From Eledone cirrhosa (lineage: Eukaryota), in contig CAXHJY010000799.1 of NCBI GenBank assembly GCA_964016885.1, forward strand, positions 1 to 64,000: a stretch of DNA of 64,000 nt. Reading direction: 5' to 3'. Below, one piece after another: positions 1-13,558 of this stretch. The notes beneath the pieces were generated by a model that saw only the letters and a list, made by a program, of their open reading frames with translations, made no database searches and had not been told where the DNA came from. Made by a program: the position numbers and the translations under genes. Within the stretch, counting starts at the first letter, position 1, and each line of letters begins with the position of its first letter.

Positions 1-1026
1 CAACCAAGACAACAACAACAACCACAACCAAGACAACAACAACAACCACAACCAAGACAACAACAACCACAACCAAGACAACAACAACTACAACAACCAA
101 GACAACAACAACAACCACAACCAAGACAACAACAACAACCACAACCATGACAACAACAACAACCACAACCATGACAACAACAACCACAACCAAGACAACA
201 ACAACAACCACAACCAAGACAACAACAACTACAACAACCAAGACAACAACAACAACCACAACCAAGACAACAACAACCACCACAACCATGACAACAACAA
301 CAACCACAACCAAGACAACAACAACTACAACAACCAAGACAACAACAACAACAACAACCAAGACAACAACAACCACCACAACCATGACAACAACAACAAC
401 CACAACCAAGACAACAACAACAACAACCAAGACAACAACAACAACCACAACCAAGGCAACAACAACAACCGAGACAACAACAACAACAACAACAACCAAG
501 ACAACAACTATAACAACAACCAAGACAACAACAACCACAACCAAGACAACAACAACCACCACAACCATGACAACAACAACAACCACAACCAAGACAACAA
601 CAACAACCACAACCAAGACAACAACAACAACAACAACAACCAAGACAACAACAACAACCACAACCAAGACAACAACAACAACAACCGAGACAACAACAAC
701 AACAACAACAACCAAGACAACAACTATAACAACAACCAAGACAACAACAACAACCACAACCAAGACAACAACAACAACAACAACCAAGACAACAACAACA
801 ACAACAACCGAGACAACAACAACAACCGAGACAACAACAACAACAACCAAGACAACATCTACAACAACAACCAAGACAACAACAACAACAACCGAGACAA
901 CAACAACAACCAAGACAACAACATCAGATACAAACATTACCACGACAACTACAACAACCATCACAACCACTACAACAACAACAACAACAACTACAACTAC
1001 AACAACAACAACCAAGACAACAACCA
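1..1026. repeat. (ACA)n-derived compound minisatellite, 21-27 bp units
   Basis: Repeats of acaacaacaaccacaaccaag; all length changes are multiples of 3. Confidence 0.95.
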
Positions 1027-1146
1027 AAAGAACAAGATAGTCCGATTCCATTATAGAAGAATTAATACCTTTTATGTGGTTGGTGGTTTTATCAGATTAC
1101 CACCATATTTGATTAAATATGGCTTCCCTGATCAAGACACGACTGG
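2..1146 (+). CDS. Probable host-gene exon: Asn/Asp/Gln/His-rich low-complexity region followed by [38 protein letters not shown]
   Basis: Frame +2 is open from base 2, runs out of the (AAC)n repeat into complex sequence and ends at a GG|GTAAAT donor (1146/1147) that is phase-compatible with the exon at 2141. The repeat part could instead be intronic. Confidence 0.5.
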
Positions 1147-1371
1147 GTAAATATTAATATTGATACCACTTCACAGCTAAACACATTTCCTCTCTCTCTC
1201 TCTCTCACACACACTTATCTATCGATTCTCTCTTCTTTCCTCTCTCTCTCTTTCTCTCTGTATATGTATATATATGCATTTATATATATGTATGTATGTA
1301 TATATATATATGTGTATATATATATATGTATGTATGTATGTATATATATATATATGTATATATATATATGC

Positions 1372-1406
<35 letters not shown>

Positions 1407-1642
1407 TGTATGTATGCATATATATATGTATGTATATATGTATATATATATGTGTGTGTATATATATATATGAGCATATATATATGTGTATATATATGAG
1501 TATATATATATGTATATATATATATATATGAGTATATATATACATGAGTATATATATATATATACTTTACTCGGTCTTACGTTTTGCTTGTCTTTCACTT
1601 ACTCTACATATATCGCTTTCAGTCTTCTATTTCTTTATGTAC

Positions 1643-1725
<83 letters not shown>

Positions 1726-1859
1726 CCTTTCTCAATCTCTCTTTCAGTCTGTCTTTCTCTATCTTTCTCTAGCTGTGTATATATTTCTTACCCTTATATC
1801 TCTCCCCCTCTCTCTCTATCTATCTGTCTGTCTGTCCAAATTCCTCTGCCCCTCTGCCT

Positions 1860-2012
1860 CCCCCTACTGGGGATTTTAATTGTTATTTTATTATATATAG
1901 TTTATTGTTATTATTTATTTTAAAGTTATTATTATGTAAAACCCCCGCCGTCACGTCTTGTAATGTCCCATTTTTGTACGCCCCTGTGGCAAATAAAGAA
2001 AGATATCTATCT
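1860..2012 (+). mobile_element. 3' end of Tx1-like LINE
   Basis: 1933-2010 is the reverse complement of 57222-57301; AATAAA then GAAAGATATCTATCT; flanked by TCTA/TCTG repeats. Confidence 0.75.
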
Positions 2013-2140
2013 CTCAATCTCTATCTATCTATCCATCCAAATTCTCTCACCCCTTTCTCTGTTTCTGTCGTTCATAAACGAAAGATATCGTAAAAAAAAA
2101 AAAAAGTGTGAAACGTTATCTAATTTATTTTCCTCCCTAG

Positions 2141-2231
2141 AATAAATGTCACTTCTATTGTTGGCTTTATTGATCTTCGCCATATTTGTCGCCACAGTCT
2201 GGAAAAATGTGGCAAGGAGAAATGCATTTAA
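2141..2231 (+). CDS. Probable terminal exon (G)INVTSIVGFIDLRHICRHSLEKCGKEKCI*
   Basis: Branch-like CTAAT (2120-2124) and TTTTCCTCCCTAG acceptor; splices in frame to the 1146 donor; TAA at 2229-2231. Confidence 0.5.
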
Positions 2232-3004
2232 TTATCTATCTAGAAGAAGAAGAAATAAACTAAGAAAAAAGAAAGAAGAAAGGAAAAAGAAAAAAGGAAA
2301 AAGAAAAAAGAAAAAAGTGCAAAGTAAAAAATGAAAAAAAATGTAAAAGAATAAAAAGAATGAAAAGGAATGAAAGGGGACGAAGAAGAATGAAAAAATA
2401 AATTAAAAATGAACAAAAAAATGAAAAAAAAATGAAAAAATAATGAAAAAACAAATGAAAAAAAAAACAAAACATTGAAAAAAATGAAAAAGGAAGAAAA
2501 TGAAAAAAGATGACAAAATATAATAGATGTAAAATTATAAAAGATGTAAAAACAGGAAAAAAAAACACCCTCCATTTCTTATCTCTCCGATGTTCAATAC
2601 GACCGGAGATGAAATTCCTATTTTACAGTTTTCAATTGTTAAGAGATGAAACTTCAACACTGTACAATTCTTTAGCAATAAGTACAGGTGTTTATTTGAG
2701 CTTAATACATCTTGTATTTCTTCTTATAATCACTCTGTATCTGATCAGTCATAAAACATGATAAGGTGTAAGTTTTGAAACGGTTTTCGTTAGACAAGGA
2801 TATTTCTACGTATCTTTGCCATCTTAGCATTTAATTAAGTCTTAAAAATACGGTACAAGTTAGGTTCGATTTTTTGTTATTTGTAATTTATTATTTATTA
2901 TTAAGCAATAATTACTTTCTCATTCATCTGCGCTGCTATTTTTCTCCTCCCCCCTCTCTCCTTACATGTATATGTACACATTATACATATATATGTACAC
3001 ATAC

Positions 3005-3075
<71 letters not shown>

Positions 3076-3097
3076 ATACATATATACATATAAAGAT

Positions 3098-3275
3098 ATA
3101 GGAAAATGTTTAACCCCGATGGCAGAGATCAAGCCGTTTCGACGGCTATTTCTGGACTAGTAGTCCAGAAAAAGCCATCTGGGTTAAACATTTTCCTATT
3201 ACCCACTCTACTACCCTAAGTATTGAGTACTCTGGTGCGTTGTGGTCCATCTGGTTCCTTACCACACCTCCGTTA
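3098..3275 (+). mobile_element. Family A fold-back PLE-like element in (TA)n (internally deleted)
   Basis: Inverted arm ataggaaaatgtttaacccc/gggttaaacattttcctat; shares the 3' tail (tacccactctactaccctaagtattgagtactc...ccttaccac) with six other copies. Confidence 0.8.
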
Positions 3276-3338
3276 TATAAAGATATATATATATATATTC
3301 ATACATATATATGTGCACATACATGTATATGTACACAC

Positions 3339-3388
<50 letters not shown>

Positions 3389-3393
<5 letters not shown>

Positions 3394-3551
3394 AGGCTTC
3401 TACAGGACTAGAACTGTTTCATTCCTGAGGATTTCTACCGAATGAAACAGTTCTGGTCCTGTAGAAGCCTTTCTATATTAAATATTTATACTCTGCCGTG
3501 TATTGAGTACCTTACTTACTGTGGTTACCCACGATTGAACCCGGGATAAAC
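3389..3551 (+). mobile_element. Family B fold-back PLE-like element with hammerhead core (3422-3466)
   Basis: Short inverted arm 3389-3424; CTGAGGA-tttctaccgaat-GAAACAG-ttctggtc-CTGTA; the 5' strand of stem I is reduced to 3 nt. Confidence 0.8.
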
Positions 3552-4079
3552 ATATATATATAAATATGCATACATACATATACTATAAATATAGAGTTAT
3601 AAACTCAAACGGTCCTTTACAATTAAATAGATCAAAGAAAGAAGTATTTCTGAGCCGTGAAATACAAGTTAATATAAATTAATATATATGATAAACACTA
3701 ATACAATTATATAAGTGTTTGTATTGTAAATGACCAAGTTAGCTAGATTGAAAAATACTAATTATATTAATACAGTTTGCCTGTCTCGATTTAAAATAAT
3801 AAATCAATAAAAACAAACCCATATTGGCAATAGCCGTGGTACTTGGACAAATTTAAATTTCAAAATCCAAACCTGTTCCGTAGATAAGTTTAAACCTCAA
3901 AATCCAAATAAGTTTCGATAATTGAAAAAGTGAAAAAATACCATCTTTAGTTCTCATCAGCAAGTACCCAGAAAAGGGGTATGTTTCACCTCAAAATATT
4001 TAAGAAGACTGATCGACGCACATGGTTTCTCAGTGTCTAGCTACCGCATACTCGTGCTGCTATGTTCACATCATACATT

Positions 4080-4110
<31 letters not shown>

Positions 4111-4705
4111 ATATTTAGAAACACACAGATACATGCGGACACACACATATACATGAATGCATCCACACCCAACCGTGAGTTAATGGTGCCAACCTTACCG
4201 ATGTTGCTCAATGAATGACTGGGACAAACCAATCCGGTTGAATCAGACTGAACCAGTATCAGAGTTAAAAATACATTATGAAGAGAGAAGAAACATTTAG
4301 ATATAATTAGTAATAAAATGTATCATACCTAAACTGCTTCTAGATTCCTCGACCACGTAGTTTCGTGGCATAAACAAAAACAATACATCATAAAGATATA
4401 GAGTCCTTGCGAGGTCTGCCGACTTATCAAGAGGATACCTCATTTTACTAGCTTCAAGAACGCGTCTACACGACGTGAGAAAGAATCCCAAAAGGCAGAG
4501 GGGGAGATAGTCACGCGATATAACGGTCGAGAAACAGAGCTAAGCCTCTTATAACCCCGAAGAAAATACCACGGAGGCGGAGGGGGTATTTATATCGAAG
4601 CCGTAGAAGAGGTGGTGAAGGGGGCGAGAAGTATGAGTAATGGCAGCTTTCCAGCAGTCACCACACTTTGTCTTCCACGTTATATATATATATATATATA
4701 TATAT

Positions 4706-5010
4706 ATAACGTGGAAGACAATTCATTCCCAATGTGGTATAATTAAGTTCCCTCTTTTTCAATAACTCTTCTGTGTGAGGAGTTAAAAATGAAGTGTCTC
4801 CGACTACGACACTTTTTCATAGTGGAGATCATATCGTTAAATAGAACGTTCGCTTTGTAATCGAATTGATCCATGTCTGATCTCACTGCATGATACCTTG
4901 GGCAAATGTTTTCTACTACAGTTTTGGGTTGATGTATTTTCTATTATAGCTGATAAGCTACACTGGCACAAAGAAGAAAAAACACCTGGCCTTCGAGTCA
5001 CTAATACAAT

Positions 5011-5073
<63 letters not shown>

Positions 5074-5344
5074 TTTTCGTCTTTGTGCCAGTGTAGCTTA
5101 TCAGCTATAATAGAAAATACATCAACCCAAAACTGTAGTAGAAGACATTTGCCCAAGGTATCATGCAGTGAGATCAGACATGGATCAATTCGATTACAAA
5201 GCGAACGTTCTATTTAACGATATGATCTCCACTATGAAAAAGTGTCGTAGTCGGAGACACTTCATTTTTAACTCCTCACACAGAAGAGTTATTGAAAAAG
5301 AGGGAACTTAATTATACCACATTGGGAATTAATTGTCTTCCACG

Positions 5345-5347
<3 letters not shown>
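4706..5347. repeat. ~280 bp inverted repeat separated by a short spacer and (TA)n, probably PLE-derived
   Basis: 4706-4985 is the near-perfect reverse complement of 5070-5347; the end TTCCACGT-(TA)n resembles the 3' end of the GIY-YIG element at 29990. Confidence 0.85.
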
Positions 5348-5387
<40 letters not shown>

Positions 5388-5461
5388 GTATGATGTGAAC
5401 ATAGCAGCACGAGTATATATTTATATATATATATTAATAATAATTACGAAAACTAATAATG

Positions 5462-5523
<62 letters not shown>

Positions 5524-5769
5524 ATTTCCGTAGGGTAAAGGAAAGGAGAGGACTCTATGTATGCTACAGAGCTATTTAATTATGTAATATTTCTTCGTGA
5601 AACCTTTGGTAAATGGAATAATTGTCTTATGTTGTTTATTACATAATTAAATATATACATATATAAAAGTATTTATAAACCTCGAAGAGCAGATATTATT
5701 TGTACAGATTAAAGTTTAAGCAAAGAATTTTTGCTTTCACAATATATATTGAAGCGTTATTACCTTCTC

Positions 5770-5862
5770 ACTTTGCCTTTCATCCTTACGGGGTCGATAA
5801 AATAAAGTACCAATAATACGCTGGAATAATTGCTGGCCTTGTGCCAAAAGTAGAAACAGTTA
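5770..5862 (+). mobile_element. 5'-truncated CORE-type SINE with 12 bp TSD
   Basis: gcctttcatccttacggggtcgataaaataaagtacc; GTTATTACCTTC on both sides. Confidence 0.8.
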
Positions 5863-6591
5863 TTACCTTCCAGTGTTCTACGTTTACATATATATATATA
5901 TATATATATACATATATATGAAAAAATGGGGAGAAGAATACTGCAGGTTGCACATGGATAACATGTTATAAAATGAGTCCCTCATCAGTGATTTGCCAAC
6001 GATCACAGATATTTCATTGCATTAAAAATCATATACCTCACGTTGGTGCAATAATACCTAAATTAAGTTATTAGGACAATTAAAACGCGTAAAGCGAGTG
6101 AGACAAGTAACAACAAAGAGGAAAGCTAACCGTAGATAGGAAGGGAACAAGCTACATAGTTATTCTGTCAGCCTAAGCTGGGTGAATATATGAGCGCGTA
6201 GAAAATAGACCTTTCGAGATGAATCCAATGTAAGAAAGAAGGAAATTGTATTCGTCGCGAACGGGGTGAAGTGAGAAGGGGAAAAACAGTGAGTGAGTGA
6301 GTGGAAGTGTGAGGAAGGGGTCAGTAGAGAGAAAGTGTTAACTGACATGACAGAGGGGGAGAAAGAAAGTAAGAGAAACAGAGAGAACGAGGGAGCAGTA
6401 AGAGAGAGAGAGAGAAAAACAGAATCGCAGTTTAGGTAAATATATGTGAAAAAATGGGGAGAAGAATACTGCAGGTTGCACATGGATAACATGTTATAAA
6501 ATGAGTCCCTCATCATATATATATATATTGAAGCGATATTACCTTCCAGTGTTCTACCTTTACAGATATATATATATATATTGAAGCGATA

Positions 6592-6694
<103 letters not shown>

Positions 6695-6809
6695 TTATAT
6701 TGGAGTTTACCAATGTAGATGGTAAAGATGTGTCCTGCCGTTATATATTGAAACGGACGTAGGATCAAAACGGACGTGTTTTAAATAATCTTGCTTATTC
6801 TCTCTCCAT

Positions 6810-6983
6810 GAATTGGCAGTATAGGTAGAGGGCCAGACGCCATGCTTTCCAGCATAGTTACGTCCCTTTACGGTCTGAGTTCAAATTCTGTTGAGGTTAA
6901 CTTTGCCTTTCCTCCTGACGGGGTCGATAAAATAAAGTACCAGTAATGTACTGGGTAATTGCTGGCCTTGTGCCAAATGTAGA

Positions 6984-6987
<4 letters not shown>
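6810..6987 (+). mobile_element. tRNA-derived CORE-type SINE (octopus-like)
   Basis: B-box gagttcaaat, CORE segment, tail gctggccttgtgccaaa. Confidence 0.85.
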
Positions 6988-7079
<92 letters not shown>

Positions 7080-7167
7080 TGAGATAAGCTATGAAAGAAT
7101 TGGAGCTTTTATGCATTTGAAATGAAATTATGCCAGTATTATGAAATAGGAAACACACCACATTCAA

Positions 7168-8139
7168 TCTATATATATAAAACTGTGGTTGTCTGTCTGT
7201 CTATCGATTTTTGGCACACATCTCCTCTTAGAATCTCTCACGGAATTGCACCGAAATTGCTATACTTGTACATTGAGCCCTAGCGAAGACATCGGAAAAA
7301 AAAATTTCAAATTGACCCACCCTATGTGACGAAATCGAATATAATGTATCGATTTTTGAGCGTAAGTGATCAGTTATTTCCCTTTGTTCTGTTTACATTG
7401 AGCGTCTTACGTAAAAAATTACGCTGGCTTTCTCAGCGTTTAAAATGACATTAACACAATACACGAACAGACAGTTGTCGAGCCAGCAAAATATTGACCT
7501 GCAAAATTCATCAGTTCGAACACTAAGTTTCCGTTTTGCTTCATTTCCATTTAAAAGCATTTTAAAACAATATTTTTACTTGAAAACAAGTCTATTTAAA
7601 GACTACGTAAAACAAGCAAATATTTCGTCGTTAGGCGTGCAGACAGACAGTCGTGCAGAGAGGTGATATACGCGTGCAGACAGACAGTCGTGCAGAGAGG
7701 TGATATAGGCGTGCAGACAGACAGTCGTGCAGAGAGGTGATATAGGCGTGCAGACAGACAGTCGTTCAGAGAGGTGATATAGGCGTGCAGACAGACAGTC
7801 GTGCAGAGAGGTGATATAGGCGTGCAGACAGACATAACTGATAATTTGGTTACGCTAATGTTTTTCTCTGCGTTGCAGTGTTTACATTTTCGATCTTTGT
7901 TAATAAATAACCAGTGCAGTTTCTATCCCCAGCATCCTCTTTTGTTATAACATTCGGGTTATCGTTATGTTTTCTTAACTTCATAAGGCATATTGTTGGT
8001 TGAGGGAATATTAATCAAAAACACCACATGCAAGTCTGCACAGTAGACACTACAGTTTTTAAGCCAAGAAAGAAACTTAACATTGTAACTTTAACACAGC
8101 TACTGAGCGACCCCGAGCAACGCCGGGCTTTACTGCTAG
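7168..8139 (+). mobile_element. Non-autonomous Helitron
   Basis: A|TC 5' end, (TGTC)n near the 5' end, CCCG-agcaacgc-CGGG hairpin upstream of CTAG|T; related element at 59618-60106. Confidence 0.8.
7632..7833. repeat. 37 bp tandem repeat (~5.4 copies) inside the Helitron
   Basis: ggcgtgcagacagacagtcgtgcagagaggtgatata. Confidence 0.95.
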
Positions 8140-8843
8140 TAGACTATAAAAAATAACATCGTAGTACTCATATGCTTACACATGCTGCAATATATATATA
8201 TAATATATAAGCACAACGACAACCTCTGACCCAGCCGTTCACCGAATTTTGGAAGCCGTCATAATAAATAAACTCGAAATATTTCAATTTATATTGAAAA
8301 ATATCGTCTGCTAAATCAAAACAAAATAAATAAACAAAAAAACAAACGAACAAACAAACAAACGAAACAAAGATGGCTGCATTTCTATATGTTGAAGTCT
8401 CTCCAATTATATCTAACGAAATCATGGGAAAATAAAAGCATAGCTTTGGGAAAATTAGTCTAAACAGGAGGGGAAAAATATACGCACACATACACACACA
8501 CATATATATATATATATATATGAAATACTTATTGATTTTCGGTAATATCTTTTTTCTCTGTTATCCATTAGAAATAGATTTTTAAAAATTGACGAAAGAA
8601 AATCTACGTTGAATTGTTTTAATGTTTTTTATAATTTATTTTTTAGATAATTTGTGGCAATATATACATGACATTTAAATCGTGGGAATATATTATATGT
8701 ATTTGATATTTATATTGTATCATTATATATATATATATAGTGTGTGCATATAAATATTTATATTGTCATATATATATATACATACAGTTATAGTGTGGAT
8801 GTAGAAAAATTATATACATTGCATTTATATTCAGAATAAAGAA

Positions 8844-8921
<78 letters not shown>

Positions 8922-9052
8922 GAAAGAGATGAGAGAGAGGGGGGAGAGGAGGGGACAGAGATGTATTTTACACATAATATTCATCTCCATCTCATTATTT
9001 TGGTTTGTTTTTTTAACTAAATATAAATTCATACAATCATGTATATATATAC

Positions 9053-9096
<44 letters not shown>

Positions 9097-9230
9097 ATAT
9101 ATGTATGTATGTATATATATATAGTGCGTATTATTCAAAATTTTCATTTATTACCAGTTTTTTTCGTTTCGTTGAAAACATTATGTAGTCCTTTCGTTTT
9201 CTCAAACAGCTCGTCTCTCTCTTTCTAGCT

Positions 9231-9465
<235 letters not shown>

Positions 9466-9558
9466 TTTATATATATATATATATATTTATATATATAAAC
9501 TATATATATATAAACGAAAAGTATAGAAATTGTTGTAGCGAGAAGCTAACAGTATTCC

Positions 9559-9642
<84 letters not shown>

Positions 9643-10486
9643 CATATATATATATCTGTGTGTGTTTGTAATATGTATATATACAATTCATACGTACGTA
9701 CATACATACCTGCATACATATGTATATATACATACATAATCACATGATTAAGTGTGCACGCGCGTGTGAATATTTCTGTGTTCAGTTTAAGTCATAATCA
9801 ATAGATTTACAAATTTCCGAATTAATAATTAGAAAATGACACCAGTGTATTGCAAATATTGATAAACCGAACTTCATTTAAATGTTTAATCAAATCACCA
9901 TTGTTTTTTTAGTTTTATATTTATGTATTTGTTTGTTTGTTTTCGTTTTAATCTATCACAATGTCTTTTCCAATCCCATAATCCTCAGCTAGTGCTACAA
10001 TATGAGGTTTGTTATCCCACAATCCTTTGCCAGCATAACAAAAGACAAGGTCTTTCTATTTATTCGGCGTGATGTAATTACATTGTTCAGTTAAAGGTGT
10101 TGAGAGAGAGGGGGGAAAAGATAAAAAGAGAGATAGAAAAAGAAAGAAAGATAGACAGATAGAAAGTGAAAGGTAGGAAGAGGAAGAGAGAGAAAGAGGT
10201 GAAGAGAGAGGAAGAGAGAGAAAGAGAGAGAAAGAGAGTGAAAGAGTGAGAAAGAGACGGCGAGAGAGAGAGGCCAGAGAGAGAGGCGAGAGAGAGAGAG
10301 GTGAGATAGAGAGGCGAGAGAGAGAGACGACGAGAGAGAGACGACGAGAGAGGAGACGAGGGGGGGGGGGGGACAGTGAATGAGAAACACTAGTAAAGAA
10401 TAAGACATGGCGTAGTAACCGAAACATCAGACGTTCGCTTCTTGAATACTGACATGTTGCTATGATACAATCAAGGGAAGTAACCT

Positions 10487-10518
10487 TCATTGACCCGAGA
10501 AACAACAGTGATATCTTT
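10487..10518 (-). CDS. Possible terminal exon (x)RYHCCFSGQ* (other frames possible)
   Basis: Strong acceptor CCTTTCTTTTCAG on the minus strand; AATAAA downstream near 10060. No homology recognised. Confidence 0.25.
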
Positions 10519-10665
10519 CTGAAAAGAAAGGAACAGGATTGTCACGGCTGGAATGTCTATATTCATAGATCTGTTCAATTAGGTTTAACTGCTTTTCCTC
10601 ACATATTTTTACTGTTTAGTCAGAGAATGCAGAGCAGTGTCCATGACCCATTTCATGATCACCGA

Positions 10666-11423
10666 GACTGTATACATTAGGTAATGTAGTCCTAGATACA
10701 CTGTGTCTGAATATAAAAGACTATACATTAGGTAGTGTAGTCCTAGATACACTGTGTCTGAATATAAAAGACTATACATTAGGTAGTGTAGTCCTAGATA
10801 CACTGTGTCTGAATATAAAAGACTGTATACATTAGGTAATGTAGTCCTAGATACACTGTGTCTGAATATAAAAGACTGTATACATTAGGTAATGTAGTCC
10901 TAGATACACTGTGTCTGAATATAAAAGACTATACATTAGGTAATGTAGTCCTAGATACACTGTGTCTGAATATAAAAGACTATACATTAGGTAATGTAGT
11001 CCTAGATACACTGTGTCTGAATATAAAAGACTATACATTAGGTAATGTAGTCCTAGATACACTGTGTCTGAATATAAAAGACTATACATTAGGTAATGTA
11101 GTCCTAGATACACTGTGTCTGAATATAAAAGACTATACATTAGGTAGTGTAGTCCTAGATACACTGTGTCTGAATATAAAAGACTATACATTAGGTAATG
11201 TAGTCCTAGATACACTGTGTCTGAATATAAAAGACTGTATACATTAGGTAATGTAGTCCTAGATACACTGTGTCTGAATATAAAAGACTATACATTAGGT
11301 AGTGTAGTCCTAGATACACTGTGTCTGAATATAAAACACTATACATTAGGTAATGTAGTCCTAGATACACTGTGTCTGAATATAAAAGACTGTATACATT
11401 AGGTAATGTAGTCCTAGATACAC
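10666..11423. repeat. 51/53 bp minisatellite, ~14.5 copies
   Basis: ctatacattaggtaatgtagtcctagatacactgtgtctgaatataaaaga. Confidence 0.97.
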
Positions 11424-11504
11424 TAGGACTACATTAAAATAAAGGACAATACGTACTATTCAATGCAGTCGCACTACTTTCTATGCATCCGTTACCAATG
11501 AGAG

Positions 11505-11920
11505 CCTCGATGTAGTCAGTCCACTTGTTAGAAATAGCAACCAAAACAACCCCAAAACCGTACTATACCGCTATGTAGTCAGCCCACTTGTTAGAAATAG
11601 GAGCCAAATCAGTGCTCTAACCATACTGTACTGTGAAGTACTGTACCTCGATGTAGTCAGTCCACTTGCTAGAAATAGCAACCAAATCAGTCCCTAAACT
11701 GCACTGTTCCTGCTATGTAGTCACTCAACATGTTAGAAATAACAACCAAATCAGTCCCAAACCATACTGTACTATACCGCTATGTAGTCACTCCACATGT
11801 TAGAAAGAGAAACCAAATCTGTCCAAAGCATACTGTACTATACCGCTATGTGGTCACTCCACATGTTAGAAATAGCAACCAAATCAGCCCCAAAACCGTA
11901 CCGTTCTGCTATGTAGTCTG
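11505..11920. repeat. Diverged ~62-75 bp tandem repeat, ~6 copies
   Basis: Recurring atgtagtcagtccacttgttagaaatagcaaccaaatc. Confidence 0.9.
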
Positions 11921-12383
11921 TATCACCATTTTGAAATAGAACGTACTGGGTAATGTAGTGTGGTGTAGTGTGGTGTGGGGTATCATGTGGATAGACAAAC
12001 GACGAGAGGGTCACGGTTAGAGAGCTCGATCATGGTTGACTTATGTCTTAATAAATACAACATCTAATGCGGTCAATCGGTGGATAATTCACTAATTTAT
12101 ATCAGAAGACATTACAACAATAACAAGAAAACCAGCGACAGCAGCTGCAGCACAACTACAGCCACAACTACAGCAGTAACAATAGCAACAGCAGCAGCAA
12201 CAGTTAATTCAAAAACCACCAAATGACCAAAACATATTGACAGTTACGCACACACACATATATATATATATAAACACACACACACACACATATATATATA
12301 TACACACACACACACATATATACACACACACACACACATATATATATATATTTGTTTATATACACAAATAAATATATATAAAC

Positions 12384-12421
<38 letters not shown>

Positions 12422-12520
12422 GGGGGTGAGAGAAAGAGAGAGAGAGACGCACATATACATATATACAAATACATATGTGCATACAAATATACATGTATTT
12501 TAGGCAATTAACACAATTCT

Positions 12521-12578
<58 letters not shown>

Positions 12579-12914
12579 CACACACACAATTATACTACAA
12601 TAATCATTCTATATTGGAAACAAGGAAATTGAAAATCAAAAAAATGTTTTTTTTTGCCTTTTTTAATTTTTTACATTTTAACACAATTTTTTTTTTTTGC
12701 ATTCTTTAAATTTCATTTTTTATATTACAGTTAAATAATTGGTTTGTATACCCCCACCCACCGACAGCTCCCATATATACCTTACCAGAATTGATAAGTA
12801 CTGGTGGTGGTAGGATGGTGCAGCTATATAATCGATAAAATCATAGCGCTGCCCCAGCATGGCCGCAGTTTAATCACTATGACTAGTAAGAGAATGTAGA
12901 AATAAAAGAAAATA

Positions 12915-13558
12915 CACGTCAAATCCAGCCAAAGTTCGCTTTGCCTTTCATCTTTACAGGGGTCGATAAAATAAAATACCAGCAATTTACTGGTGGATCG
13001 ATTTAAAAGACTTTCGCCTCCCCCGAATCTGTTGGCCTTCAGCCTAAATCTGAAACCACTATATTATATTTTTAGGTTGGTGGGTTGGCCATAGAATTGG
13101 TAGAGCACCGGAGATGCTTTGTGGCATATAGTTACGTCCCTTTACGTTGTGAGTTCAAATCATGCCAAGGTTAGCTTTGCCTTTTATCTATACGGGGTCG
13201 AAAAAATAAAGTACCAGTAATGCACTGGATAATTGCTGGCCTTGTGCCAAAAAGTAGAAACAATTATTATTTATAATATATTTTATTATCTCTATATTAT
13301 CATTGCTATATTATTTATTTAAATTGTATTATTTATTATTTATAATCATTATTATTTATTATGGGGCGGTGGATTGGCTGTATCGGTAGAGGGTCGGAAA
13401 CCATGCTTTCCAGCATAGTTACATCCCTTTACGATCTGAGTTCAAATCCCGCCGAGGTTGACTTTGCCTTTCATCCTTACGGGGTCGATAAAATAAAGTA
13501 CCAGTAATACACTGGATAATTGCTGGCCTTGTGCCAAAAAGTAGAAACAATTATTATT
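12915..13558 (+). mobile_element. Three tandem CORE-type SINEs (12915-13065, 13076-13270, 13363-13558)
   Basis: Each has gggtcga(t/a)aaaataaa..acc; separated by (ATT)-rich tails. Confidence 0.85.

Noticed and set aside
147-1040. Mucin-like poly-Thr ORF
   Set aside because: It stops right at the repeat edge; frame +2 is the one that continues into complex, spliceable sequence.
2146-2334. Signal-anchor-like ORF MSLLLLALL...
   Set aside because: It overlaps the better supported spliced exon in another frame and runs into an A-rich repeat.
3905-3965. Extra hammerhead-like motifs (also 4545-4612, 14528-14560, 38637-38670, 44600-44620, 55775-55850)
   Set aside because: Core nucleotides or stems are broken; at best these are decayed remnants and are not called.
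5150-5275. PLE endonuclease C-terminus in the inverted-repeat arm (LFNDMISTMKKCRSRRHF)
   Set aside because: Similarity is too weak to call without an HMM search.
10666-11920. CRISPR-like arrays (also 48762-49800)
   Set aside because: Units are contiguous with no unique spacers, there are no cas genes, and the context is eukaryotic.
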